From the IMG/VR virus record IMGVR_UViG_3300023223_000630, positions 1 through 64,000 of that record: 64,000 nt of DNA. One strand, written 5' to 3'. The notes below the pieces were generated by a model. The model did no database searches, had not been told where the DNA came from, and was given only the letters and a program-made list of their open reading frames with translations. This document shows positions 9,788 through 18,489 of this stretch, in pieces. This DNA comes from a virus. The translations under genes were made by a program, and so were the position numbers. How positions within the stretch are numbered: position 1 is the stretch's first letter; every line of letters begins with the position of its first letter.

Positions 9788-12700
9788 ATGTCATCAGAAC
9801 GCTGGAGTCAAAGGGCTGAAAAAACCACCATAGTTAATGACGATGAATTAATGATACTGGATTCAGAAACAGTTGTAGCAGCAGACAAGAACAAGCGAAT
9901 TAAAGTCGGACTGTTAAACACATCAGAGTGGAAGGAACCATGTCTTAGGGCTACAACAGGGAATATTACTACTACAGGAAATGTAAGTGTGGATGGCAGT
10001 AACACAGTTCCGGGTGATAGAATACTTGTAAAGAACCAAAATGCTCCTTCAACTAACGGAATATACATAGCTGATGCCTTGGCATGGTCACGAGCACTTG
10101 ACATGAATACAACCGGACAATTCTCATCAGCTACAGTATGGGTTCAAGAAGGGAACACTAACGCAGATACACAATGGTATCAGACAGAAGATGATATCAT
10201 AGTTGATACCAGTGTTGTAATATTTATAAAGTCAAACAGTACTAAGAATGCATTTTTAGATGACGATCAGATTTTCACAGGTGAGAACACGTTTAATAAA
10301 TTATCATCTGACGATCTGGAAACTCCATTCGGGGGATTTGGAGAATTTCAAAACTTTATTAGATTCTCAGAAAAATTAGATGAATCTCCATGGCAATTAA
10401 TCAATGGTATAACCACAGCACTCAGTACAACTGAAGCACCTAACGGAACACTGACAGCATTTGAGGTAGATTGGGCTCCTGCAAGTAGCAATTTAGGATT
10501 ACGTCAGACCATGCTTGGAATCGTTGATAACAACGACTATACTGTATCATTCTGGGCTAAACATATCTCAGGAGGTACAGGTATTCTTAGGCTTGACCTA
10601 AATGACGGTATTGCATCTGCTCAAATTCCAATAGACAGCTCTTCATTTAGGCGTTATTCTGTCAATCTTACAGCCGGTGGTACTAATTTCCTTGATTTTG
10701 TCAATCTCGATAGTTCTGGACTTTTCCTTATCTGGGGAGTACAGGTTGTAGACGGATTTGATAACGCACTCCCTTATACACATACAGAACAGGATCAAAT
10801 ATTAAGAGATTTCGGGGGAACTGTTTTTGAACATTTTCGTGTAGGTGGAGTTCCTCAAAACACAAAAGATGCAACCAATAAAAAATATACAAGTACACAA
10901 AGCGGTTATGTAGACAATGACGGAGCAAGAGTAGCTACAACTGGTAACATTAATTTATCGTCTTCATCAGATCCAAGTCCTATAGACGGTATAACGCTAG
11001 CTACTGATGATAGAATTTTACTTAAAAACCAGAATGATCCCACAGAAAACGGAATATATGATATAATTGATGTGGATGATCCTAATGTATGGGAAAGAAG
11101 TGAGGACTCTGATGATATCGATAAACTAAACAAATCCAGCGTAAGTGTTGCAGAAGGGAATACAAATGCAGACAAAGTATTTCTACAGACAAAAGTACTT
11201 GTTACACTAAATTCTGATGATGTAACATATGAAGAACCGGATGCAATAGGAAAAGTCGGCACTGGATTAAAAACAACAGGTGTCACATTATCTGTTGATG
11301 AAACCGAACCGGGAAGACTAGTAAATTTTGATGATACAAGAGCATACGATGTAAGAGATTTAGTAATACAGGACAACCTAACCTATCGTAATATTAACGC
11401 AGTTGCAGCAAGCGGGGGTACTGATTTTGATATAGATGACTGGCTTCCAGTTGGAGGAGTTGGTGCTAAAAATACAAAACATCTCTTTAGTGAAGCTGAT
11501 TTACCACCGGCAGCAGCAGTAGATGGAATTTCGGGTGATGTACATACGTTAGAGGATGGTATTGAATATATTCTAGCAAACGATATCACTCTTACAAACG
11601 GTATGTTTGTAGATGTAGGTGCTGATGTTCAAATAAGTGCATTTTCACCACACAAAAACAAGTTTAAAAGTACCACTAATATTATCATGCTTCAATCCCA
11701 AGCTAGCATCAGAGATTTTGACTCGGCAGTAGGTGGAGTACTTGAATCTGTAACCGTAACATCCAGCTCACTCTATGAACAGCCTAGTGAAAATGTTACA
11801 CTTGAAGGTCAAATGAGTGGTGCTATTAATGCTGCTGCTACTATTACAGTGGGTGGAGGCGGTGTCATAACCAGTGTAAACATATCAGACGGAGGTTCAG
11901 GATATATAAACGGTGAAGATATAGAAATTGTCGGTGGTACGAGTGGTGAAAGTAATGCAGTAGCTACAGGTGCTACGGATCCAAACGCCATTGTATTTGA
12001 ATCCATAGACACTTCCAAACTAGCAGTAGGGAAGCCGGTAAATATCAAATCCGATACCGGATCAGACTATACACAGCTTATGGCTAACATATCTACAATA
12101 GTTCCAAGTACATCTTTTACGATTGACAGTGCAATACCGTTTGATGCTGATTCAACCGGTACTTTTGATCTCAACGCAAAATCAGTTGAACTTGAAAGGG
12201 TCATTTTTCAAAATGAGTTAGGATTTGGAACTGTATTTGTTCTAGGATTAACAAGAGCTACAACCTCCGAATTTATGATGTTACATTGTGAACTGGATGG
12301 ATTTGATGTTCTTGGACTGGTAGCAGATGCCGAAAGTGTAGTGATTACTTTAAGTGAATTTGAAAAAGTTTCCAGCATTATGAGATTTATTGATTGTAAA
12401 AGTATATTATTTCAAGGTAACTTTTGGAGTGAGACAGGATCAGGTGCTTTCTCTCTTATCGAGATCCAAGGTGGTTTAACTGAAAACGTTGTAATTGCCA
12501 ACAACTCATTTTTATCCCCTTCTACTGGTTTTGCCCTTCAAATTTTGGGATCAGGTGGTAACACTATAGATACTGGTAGAGTTGTAGTTGAATCAAACAT
12601 TGATTTAAAATCAACCTCAACAACATTATTTTCGGATGCTACAAATACTATTGACGAGTTAGATGAACGAATAATTGTTAAAAACAATCCTACTCAGGAG

Positions 12701-13144
12701 GATAGTAAGGCAATTCTCCAATCTAATTTACCTGGAAATCATATAGTTCTAATTTCTCTCATAGATGATTACACACCTGTAACTACTGCTAGTTGGACTA
12801 CAGGTGTCATTAACAGGTTTGATGAAAACAACGGTACATTTGGATATACAGGATTAAGATCTCTTGGAGCTCAGGTAATGGTATCAATACAGATGTACTC
12901 ATCTAGTGCCAATGAAGAACTTGAAGCAGCACTATTTTCTGAACCATCAGGAGGAGGCGGTTTTAGTCTAATAGATGCAACAGAATTTAAGCTTACCGGA
13001 TCATCAGAGGGAGATCCCAAGGTGTTGACTTTTGCCATGGTACTGCCTTTTATAAATGGTTTTAAACTACAATTACAGATAAAGAATAATGATTCTAGTA
13101 ACAATATTACTATCAATAATGCCAATATATCAATTCTAGATTAA
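9788..13144 (+). CDS. large fibre/adhesin-like virion protein (1118 aa)
   Basis: Two copies of a module with (G/D)DRIL(V/L)KNQN-x5-NGIY ... EGNTNAD (nt ~10011-10200 and ~11005-11200); one Gly-rich GxGY module (~11840-11940); Ser/Thr/Gly/Asn-rich beta-type composition. Confidence 0.65.
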   Translation: MSSERWSQRAEKTTIVNDDELMILDSETVVAADKNKRIKVGLLNTSEWKEPCLRATTGNITTTGNVSVDGSNTVPGDRILVKNQNAPSTNGIYIADALAWSRALDMNTTGQFSSATVWVQEGNTNADTQWYQTEDDIIVDTSVVIFIKSNSTKNAFLDDDQIFTGENTFNKLSSDDLETPFGGFGEFQNFIRFSEKLDESPWQLINGITTALSTTEAPNGTLTAFEVDWAPASSNLGLRQTMLGIVDNNDYTVSFWAKHISGGTGILRLDLNDGIASAQIPIDSSSFRRYSVNLTAGGTNFLDFVNLDSSGLFLIWGVQVVDGFDNALPYTHTEQDQILRDFGGTVFEHFRVGGVPQNTKDATNKKYTSTQSGYVDNDGARVATTGNINLSSSSDPSPIDGITLATDDRILLKNQNDPTENGIYDIIDVDDPNVWERSEDSDDIDKLNKSSVSVAEGNTNADKVFLQTKVLVTLNSDDVTYEEPDAIGKVGTGLKTTGVTLSVDETEPGRLVNFDDTRAYDVRDLVIQDNLTYRNINAVAASGGTDFDIDDWLPVGGVGAKNTKHLFSEADLPPAAAVDGISGDVHTLEDGIEYILANDITLTNGMFVDVGADVQISAFSPHKNKFKSTTNIIMLQSQASIRDFDSAVGGVLESVTVTSSSLYEQPSENVTLEGQMSGAINAAATITVGGGGVITSVNISDGGSGYINGEDIEIVGGTSGESNAVATGATDPNAIVFESIDTSKLAVGKPVNIKSDTGSDYTQLMANISTIVPSTSFTIDSAIPFDADSTGTFDLNAKSVELERVIFQNELGFGTVFVLGLTRATTSEFMMLHCELDGFDVLGLVADAESVVITLSEFEKVSSIMRFIDCKSILFQGNFWSETGSGAFSLIEIQGGLTENVVIANNSFLSPSTGFALQILGSGGNTIDTGRVVVESNIDLKSTSTTLFSDATNTIDELDERIIVKNNPTQEDSKAILQSNLPGNHIVLISLIDDYTPVTTASWTTGVINRFDENNGTFGYTGLRSLGAQVMVSIQMYSSSANEELEAALFSEPSGGGGFSLIDATEFKLTGSSEGDPKVLTFAMVLPFINGFKLQLQIKNNDSSNNITINNANISILD

Positions 13145-13166
13145 ATATATTGTATAAAACCATTAT

Positions 13167-13185
13167 AAACAAACTTTTTAAATAA
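13167..13185 (+). promoter_or_regulatory. BRE/TATA-like promoter element (copy 1)
   Basis: AAACAAACTTTTTAAATAA, 22 nt before ATG 13207; identical 19-mer at 13361. Confidence 0.5.
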
Positions 13186-13206
13186 CAGTAAAATATTATA
13201 TTATAC

Positions 13207-13353
13207 ATGACAGTAAGAAAAATCACCAAAGTATCTGTAGAAACAGTAGATGAGAATGGCAAAATTGACACTACTCATTTGCAGGAATCAGATATGAAAT
13301 CTATTCATTGGAGAAAGGTGCTTAAAGCCTGTGGTTATTGTTTGCAAATATAA
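13207..13353 (+). CDS. hypothetical mini-protein (48 aa)
   Basis: MTVRKITKVSVETVDENGKIDTTHLQESDMKSIHWRKVLKACGYCLQI; has its own promoter-like 19-mer. Confidence 0.35.
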   Translation: MTVRKITKVSVETVDENGKIDTTHLQESDMKSIHWRKVLKACGYCLQI

Positions 13354-13360
13354 TAATCTA

Positions 13361-13379
13361 AAACAAACTTTTTAAATAA
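13361..13379 (+). promoter_or_regulatory. BRE/TATA-like promoter element (copy 2)
   Basis: Same 19-mer AAACAAACTTTTTAAATAA, 18 nt before ATG 13397, implying a leaderless or near-leaderless mRNA. Confidence 0.5.
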
Positions 13380-13396
13380 TATCATCAAGTATTTAT

Positions 13397-14320
13397 ATGG
13401 CTGAACCAACTGCTCCCGTAAATTTATCTTCTACAATATCAAATGCTACAGTTATTTTATCATGGGATCCGGTTGTATTTGTACCTACAGTAGATACATA
13501 TACAGTAGAATTCAGCACAGATCAGATAAATTGGACACTATTCAGTGATACCATAACAGATACAACAGCATCAGTAAATCCACTTGAAAATAATCAATTG
13601 TTCTTTTTTAGGGTATTTGCAGTAAATATAGATGGTACAAGTCCGGCATCGGGAATAGTATCAAATACACCTGAAAATACACCACAGGTAGAATACTGTA
13701 CTGCAGGAAACATAGCAGACAGACTAAGAATTGATATCAATGCAAACACTGATCCAAACATTACCATGGTGAATGAGTTTATTTTAGATAATCAGGATTT
13801 CATAGACAGAGAAACAGGCCATACCTGGATGTCAGAAAAACAAATGCGTGAAGAGGAATTAACATTGACACGAATATGGGATTGGGGTAAAGGAATGCCA
13901 TTATATCTAAAACACAGACAAATGAAACTTCCATTGGATACATCTAAAGGTGACAAGATAGAATTATGGAATGGGGTAGACTGGATAGAACAAGATGTAA
14001 CAGATAATGATTTGTTTATACTAGATGAAGTAAAAGGAATATTATATGTAAGAGGATATTTCTTTTCATTTTTTAGAAACAACAGATTCAGACTAACATA
14101 CAGATATGGCGGTGATCAGGAAAACGGGTTAATTCCAAAGGATATTAGAAAAGCATGTATCCTAATGACCTGTATTGATGTGTTAGATACTGACTTTAAA
14201 ATGTCTCAGATTGGATACGGGGGAGAGGGTAACATTAGAAAAGAGGAAGTAATGAACAGATGGCAAAAACAGATAGATAAAATATTACGTAACAGGATGG
14301 AATTACTAACGGTATATTAG
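13397..14320 (+). CDS. head-tail adaptor (gp6/connector-like) with N-terminal FN3 domain
   Basis: aa 1-95 FN3-like (APVNLSS..ILSWDPV..YTVEFS..INWT..FFFRVFAVNIDGTSPAS). The rest has an adaptor-like signature (IADRLRIDINANTDPNITMVNEFILDNQDFIDRETGHTW). Confidence 0.55.
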   Translation: MAEPTAPVNLSSTISNATVILSWDPVVFVPTVDTYTVEFSTDQINWTLFSDTITDTTASVNPLENNQLFFFRVFAVNIDGTSPASGIVSNTPENTPQVEYCTAGNIADRLRIDINANTDPNITMVNEFILDNQDFIDRETGHTWMSEKQMREEELTLTRIWDWGKGMPLYLKHRQMKLPLDTSKGDKIELWNGVDWIEQDVTDNDLFILDEVKGILYVRGYFFSFFRNNRFRLTYRYGGDQENGLIPKDIRKACILMTCIDVLDTDFKMSQIGYGGEGNIRKEEVMNRWQKQIDKILRNRMELLTVY

Positions 14321-14332
14321 GGTGATTATACA

Positions 14333-14935
14333 ATGGTACGATTAATTAAATATTGCAAAATAGAAGAATGTAATAGAAAAACATGTGGAAGGGGGTTATG
14401 TAATACACATTACGCACAATTTAGAAAGCATGGGGAAATAATAAATAAAATAATAAAAATATATGATAAATTTCAAGGATGTAAAATTGATCACTGTAAA
14501 AGAAAACACCATTGTAAAGGATTATGTAAAAAACACTATGATCAATTACCACAAAGAAGAAAAAATAATATTAAACGTGTAAAAAAATGGAGAGAAGATA
14601 ATCCTGAATGGGGTAAAAATTATTATCAAAAAAATATAGAAAAAATACTAGAAAATCAAATAAAACACTTAAAAAAACTAGGATATAAAATCAATATGGA
14701 ATACAAAGAAGTAAAATATACTTTATTAACATGGTCACGAATAATAAGAAAAAGAGACAATTATAAATGTGTTATTTGTGGAAGTCAAGATGATTTAAAT
14801 GCACATCACATATTTCCTAAATCCAAATATCCTGCATTAATGTTTAATATAAATAATGGTATAACTTTATGTAAAACTCACCACAAAGAAACAGAAGGAA
14901 AAAAATTGGAGCATATGTGTTATAATGGCAACTAA
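14333..14935 (+). CDS. HNH homing-type endonuclease (paralog A)
   Basis: C-terminal CVICGSQDDLNAHHIFPKS...NNGITLCKTHH; N-terminal Cys/His boxes (CNRKTCGRGLCNTHYAQFRKHG); roughly half identical by eye to 17853-18476. Confidence 0.85.
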   Translation: MVRLIKYCKIEECNRKTCGRGLCNTHYAQFRKHGEIINKIIKIYDKFQGCKIDHCKRKHHCKGLCKKHYDQLPQRRKNNIKRVKKWREDNPEWGKNYYQKNIEKILENQIKHLKKLGYKINMEYKEVKYTLLTWSRIIRKRDNYKCVICGSQDDLNAHHIFPKSKYPALMFNINNGITLCKTHHKETEGKKLEHMCYNGN

Positions 14936-15491
14936 AACTGAACAGCAACATTCTACTAACAGTGAAAAAGTAATAGATAACATGGTTGAAAATATCCAGG
15001 TTGAGCTAATGGGAAACCTAAAGGATATTCTATTACAGAGTGATATTAATTTTTCAGGAAAAATGTCTGACTCAATTAAAGCAGAAGTAATAGATAATAT
15101 CAGATATGTAACAATAAACTCACCATATGCTACAATTGTAGACAAGGGTTTAATCCCCGGAACAAGAGTTAATTTTGATGCATTAAAAAACTGGGTACAT
15201 GTAAAACTTGGAATAAATGAACCAGAACTTACAAGAGCTACATTTGCAATACAAAACAAGATTCTGGGAAAAGGGATAAAACCAACATTCTTTGTAAAAA
15301 AAGCAATCAAAAAACTCATTGGAAAGATAGGAACATCGGCAACAAAAAGATATGGTCAGAAAAACAAACCGGGAAGTATAACCAAAGGACTCTCAAAAAC
15401 CAGTAGAATCATTAAAAAGATAAACAAGGTAACTCAAAGAATGGCCAAAGTATCACAAAAAATCACCGGAATAAGGAGAAAATTCAAATGA
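14925..15491 (+). CDS. head-tail joining protein (HK97 gp10-like), tentative
   Basis: Position after the adaptor; SPYATIVDKG resembles the YA..vE.G signature of gp10-type proteins; basic C-terminal tail. Confidence 0.45.
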   Translation: MATKTEQQHSTNSEKVIDNMVENIQVELMGNLKDILLQSDINFSGKMSDSIKAEVIDNIRYVTINSPYATIVDKGLIPGTRVNFDALKNWVHVKLGINEPELTRATFAIQNKILGKGIKPTFFVKKAIKKLIGKIGTSATKRYGQKNKPGSITKGLSKTSRIIKKINKVTQRMAKVSQKITGIRRKFK

Positions 15492-15979
15492 GTGCAAGAA
15501 ATGATTCCATGGGTGGATATCAGTTTGTAGATGATATAATACAATTCTTTAATGATAACTGGGTCAAAGGAAACGGGGGCAAAGTACCAAACATAACTGT
15601 ACAGTGGGAAATAAAAACAACTGGATTTGCAAATTCAAATTATGAAGAAATTATAGTATCATTTGATTCTGAGAACAAAAATATCTACAGTCTATTACAA
15701 AGTGATAATGGAAGGTTTTTCTGGGATTGGCTAAATGAGATATCTATTACAATAGACATGAGAACCGGGAAATCATTATCTAGATTACGACAAATAACAA
15801 ACGAGGTAACAAGAATACTATCAAACAATGTAATTACTCCATATAACAATACAATATATGTTCAGACATTACCCTCAAATCTAACACCATTAAATGATGA
15901 TTATAGAAATTTGTTTAGAAACACACTAGATGTTGATACTATGAGATTTAATCCTGAAAGTGGAGTAAATGGAATATAA
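15488..15979 (+). CDS. neck/tail-completion protein, tentative
   Basis: 163 aa, ATGA-coupled to the previous gene, immediately before the major tail gene; by position only. Confidence 0.4.
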   Translation: MSARNDSMGGYQFVDDIIQFFNDNWVKGNGGKVPNITVQWEIKTTGFANSNYEEIIVSFDSENKNIYSLLQSDNGRFFWDWLNEISITIDMRTGKSLSRLRQITNEVTRILSNNVITPYNNTIYVQTLPSNLTPLNDDYRNLFRNTLDVDTMRFNPESGVNGI

Positions 15980-16051
15980 AACTTATCGTGTCAACATATG
16001 GATTAAATGGCACATAAGAAAACTTTAAAAATACCATAGCAATATAAACGT

Positions 16052-17293
16052 ATGCCAAGTACAACTGTCTCTGCTAGTTCTGTATATGTAGAATTTGGAT
16101 ATGAGGGTGAATTTGGGGGTGGAAGCACATCATTCCCTATGCTTTTTGGAAAAGAGCAAAAATTAACAAGTTTAGAACTTAACGTAAATCAACTGCCATT
16201 AGGACAATTATACAGTCCGGAAATCGAATGTTATGTATATGGAAAAAATGAAGGAAGTGCAACAGTAGAATATGTATTGGCTCAGCCATTTAATTTATCA
16301 AGTATATTTGGAGCACCGTTCAGTGAAGAAACTGGAGTATCATCAGGTATATTTACCCATGAATGGACTTCTGATCCAGACAATCCAACTCTGGACTTGG
16401 AATCATCAGTTGTAGCTACAACTGTAACTGATCCTGGAACCAATCATATATTAGGTGAATCTATAATTATTGTAGCCTCATCCGCTGAAGATCCTAATGC
16501 TGATGCAGCCGGATTTGTTAGTGAAATAGGTGGATCAGGAGAATTAAAAAAGATTACACTAACAAATAGCGGTTATGGATACACAAGTGCTCCAGCAATA
16601 ACTTTTACTAATGGATCCGGTTCTGCTGATGCAATCATATCACCTGTAAGTACAAGAAACATAGATACAATGGCATTAGAGATAGGAATTAAATCATCTC
16701 TTGATGCCGGTGATGACTTTGTAAGAAATATTGCCGGAGCAATATCACCTACCATGAGTTTTAGAATGTCATTAAATGAACCAATAAGAGTAACACAGGA
16801 ATTAAAATGGGGTATTGAAACACCAAGTGCAACAATAGATACAAGTATTGGAACAAATCTAGATTTTACACCATATGTATTTGCAGATGCAGAGATTAAA
16901 GTAAACGGATCAGTAGTAGCAACAGTACAAGATTTCGATTTAAACATTAACAGCAATGCAGAACTATTATGGGAATTAGGAACTGCTAATGCTTCTGGAG
17001 CATGGAGGAAAATTCTGGAAATGACCGGAAAACTAAATGTAACTGTAAAAGACGCTTCATTTTATAATATAGTAGCCGGAAGATCAGAACAGACTTCCAT
17101 GACTGTAACTATTACAAACGGATTATCTGGTACTGCTGAAAAATCTATTGTAATGGTTTTTGCAGGAATAGGATTTGGAACACATAACAATACAGGAATA
17201 GAACCGGGAGAACTAGTATTACAAAATATGGATTTCCAAGCAAGAACCGTAAAAATCACTGCAACAAATGATACTAAATCACAGCCAATATAA
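16052..17293 (+). CDS. major tail protein (putative) with inserted GxGY module
   Basis: 413 aa, own promoter-like AAAACTTTAAAAATA upstream, precedes the chaperone/tape-measure pair; contains ELKKITLTNSGYGYTSAPAITFTNGSG. Confidence 0.5.
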   Translation: MPSTTVSASSVYVEFGYEGEFGGGSTSFPMLFGKEQKLTSLELNVNQLPLGQLYSPEIECYVYGKNEGSATVEYVLAQPFNLSSIFGAPFSEETGVSSGIFTHEWTSDPDNPTLDLESSVVATTVTDPGTNHILGESIIIVASSAEDPNADAAGFVSEIGGSGELKKITLTNSGYGYTSAPAITFTNGSGSADAIISPVSTRNIDTMALEIGIKSSLDAGDDFVRNIAGAISPTMSFRMSLNEPIRVTQELKWGIETPSATIDTSIGTNLDFTPYVFADAEIKVNGSVVATVQDFDLNINSNAELLWELGTANASGAWRKILEMTGKLNVTVKDASFYNIVAGRSEQTSMTVTITNGLSGTAEKSIVMVFAGIGFGTHNNTGIEPGELVLQNMDFQARTVKITATNDTKSQPI

Positions 17294-17326
17294 ACCCTTT
17301 TATACAATACAATTATATCATGTTAC

Positions 17327-17671
17327 ATGGTTGCTGAAATAGTTGAATTTACTACTGACATTCAAGGCAAATCATGTGTTTTACAAATTAAAAAAGATTT
17401 AACCTGGGGGGAAGCAAAAGAATTTCTTAGCAAGGCAACTATACATAATCCAGGAGGAGAGCAAAGTTTTGATTTTACAAAAGCAGCAGATATTTTATTA
17501 ACCAAAGTTATAGTAGGTGGATTACCATTCAAACCAACACCTGTAGCATTTGCAGCACTCTCCATGACTGAGATTAGCTGTATTATAGGAGAGCTGTTTA
17601 GGATACTCCCTTTAGAGACCTGGCTGAAGAACCTAGGCGATGGTCTGGGGTTGGTTCAAGGCAAAACGTAG
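17327..17671 (+). CDS. tail assembly chaperone (gpG-like, zero-frame product)
   Basis: 114 aa between tail tube and tape-measure genes; contains a slippery heptamer near its 3' end. Confidence 0.6.
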   Translation: MVAEIVEFTTDIQGKSCVLQIKKDLTWGEAKEFLSKATIHNPGGEQSFDFTKAADILLTKVIVGGLPFKPTPVAFAALSMTEISCIIGELFRILPLETWLKNLGDGLGLVQGKT

Positions 17672-17820
17672 ATCCCGTATGGTTTGTATATACCGTATGT
17701 GCTTTAGGATATGGATGGGATCAAGAAAAAGTTGATAGACAAGAAATTACCTACCTCAAGAATATAATTTTAAACAGCTTTTTCCTCATCGGTGATTTCA
17801 TGTCGGGAATGTCAAAATAA
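17327..17820 (+). CDS. tail assembly chaperone, -1 frameshifted long form (gpGT-like)
   Basis: Zero frame to 17614, then -1 frame ...FRDLAEEPRRWSGVGSRQNVDPVWFVYTVCALGYGWDQEKVDRQEITYLKNIILNSFFLIGDFMSGMSK; the extension has no start codon of its own near its beginning. Confidence 0.45.
17608..17614 (+). promoter_or_regulatory. -1 ribosomal frameshift slippery heptamer C CCT TTA
   Basis: X XXY YYZ in the zero frame (CTC CCT TTA). The -1 frame opens at 17602 (after TAG 17599-17601) and runs to TAA 17818-17820. Confidence 0.5.
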
Positions 17821-17852
17821 GATTTATATTATTTTAGTGATTCAGTTGTAAT

Positions 17853-18476
17853 ATGAGAACGTGTAGTGTTGAAGGTTGTAATAGAAAACGTAGAGAATTA
17901 ATATATTGTCATACACATTATGAACAATTTAGAAAACATGGAAAAATTACAAAAGTTATAAGAATATGTGATGGATCTCAGGGATGTAAAATAAAAAGTT
18001 GTAATGGAGAACATTATAGTTTAGGATATTGTAAACCATGTTATAATCAGTTACCAGAAAGAAAAGAAAAAGATAGAAAACGTGTTAGAAAATGGATTAA
18101 AGAAAATCCGGATTATGGTAAACAATGGAGAGAAAAAAATCTAGAAAAAGAGAGAGAAAAAACTAGAAGATGGAATAAAGAAAACCCAGAAAAAGTATTA
18201 AAAACTCAAATAAGATATCTAAAAAAATTAGGAGATAAATTTAACATGAATCAATATCAAATAAAAACTGCTTTAATGAGTTGGTCTAAAACCATAAGAA
18301 AGAGAGACAATGATAAATGTATAATTTGTGGCAGTAAAGAAGGATTAAATGCTCATCATACATTATATAAAAGATATTATCCGGAATTATCATTAAATAT
18401 CAACAATGGGGTAACATTATGTAAAATACACCACAATGAGGTACATGGTAAAAAACTAAAGTTTATAAATATATGA
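17853..18476 (+). CDS. HNH homing-type endonuclease (paralog B)
   Basis: CIICGSKEGLNAHHTLYKR...NNGVTLCKIHHNEVHG; same N-terminal Cys/His boxes as 14333-14935; sits between chaperone and tape measure. Confidence 0.85.
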   Translation: MRTCSVEGCNRKRRELIYCHTHYEQFRKHGKITKVIRICDGSQGCKIKSCNGEHYSLGYCKPCYNQLPERKEKDRKRVRKWIKENPDYGKQWREKNLEKEREKTRRWNKENPEKVLKTQIRYLKKLGDKFNMNQYQIKTALMSWSKTIRKRDNDKCIICGSKEGLNAHHTLYKRYYPELSLNINNGVTLCKIHHNEVHGKKLKFINI

Positions 18477-18489
18477 AACATTTATATTT

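Noticed and set aside
9808-13125. Antisense and alternative-frame ORFs within the 1118-aa gene (9808-10104, 10728-10928, 10906-11376, 11383-11589, 11809-12048, 12871-13125)
   Set aside because: All are nested in the long plus-strand ORF, and their Ser/Thr/Pro-rich translations are typical mirror images of a Gly/Ser/Thr-rich gene.
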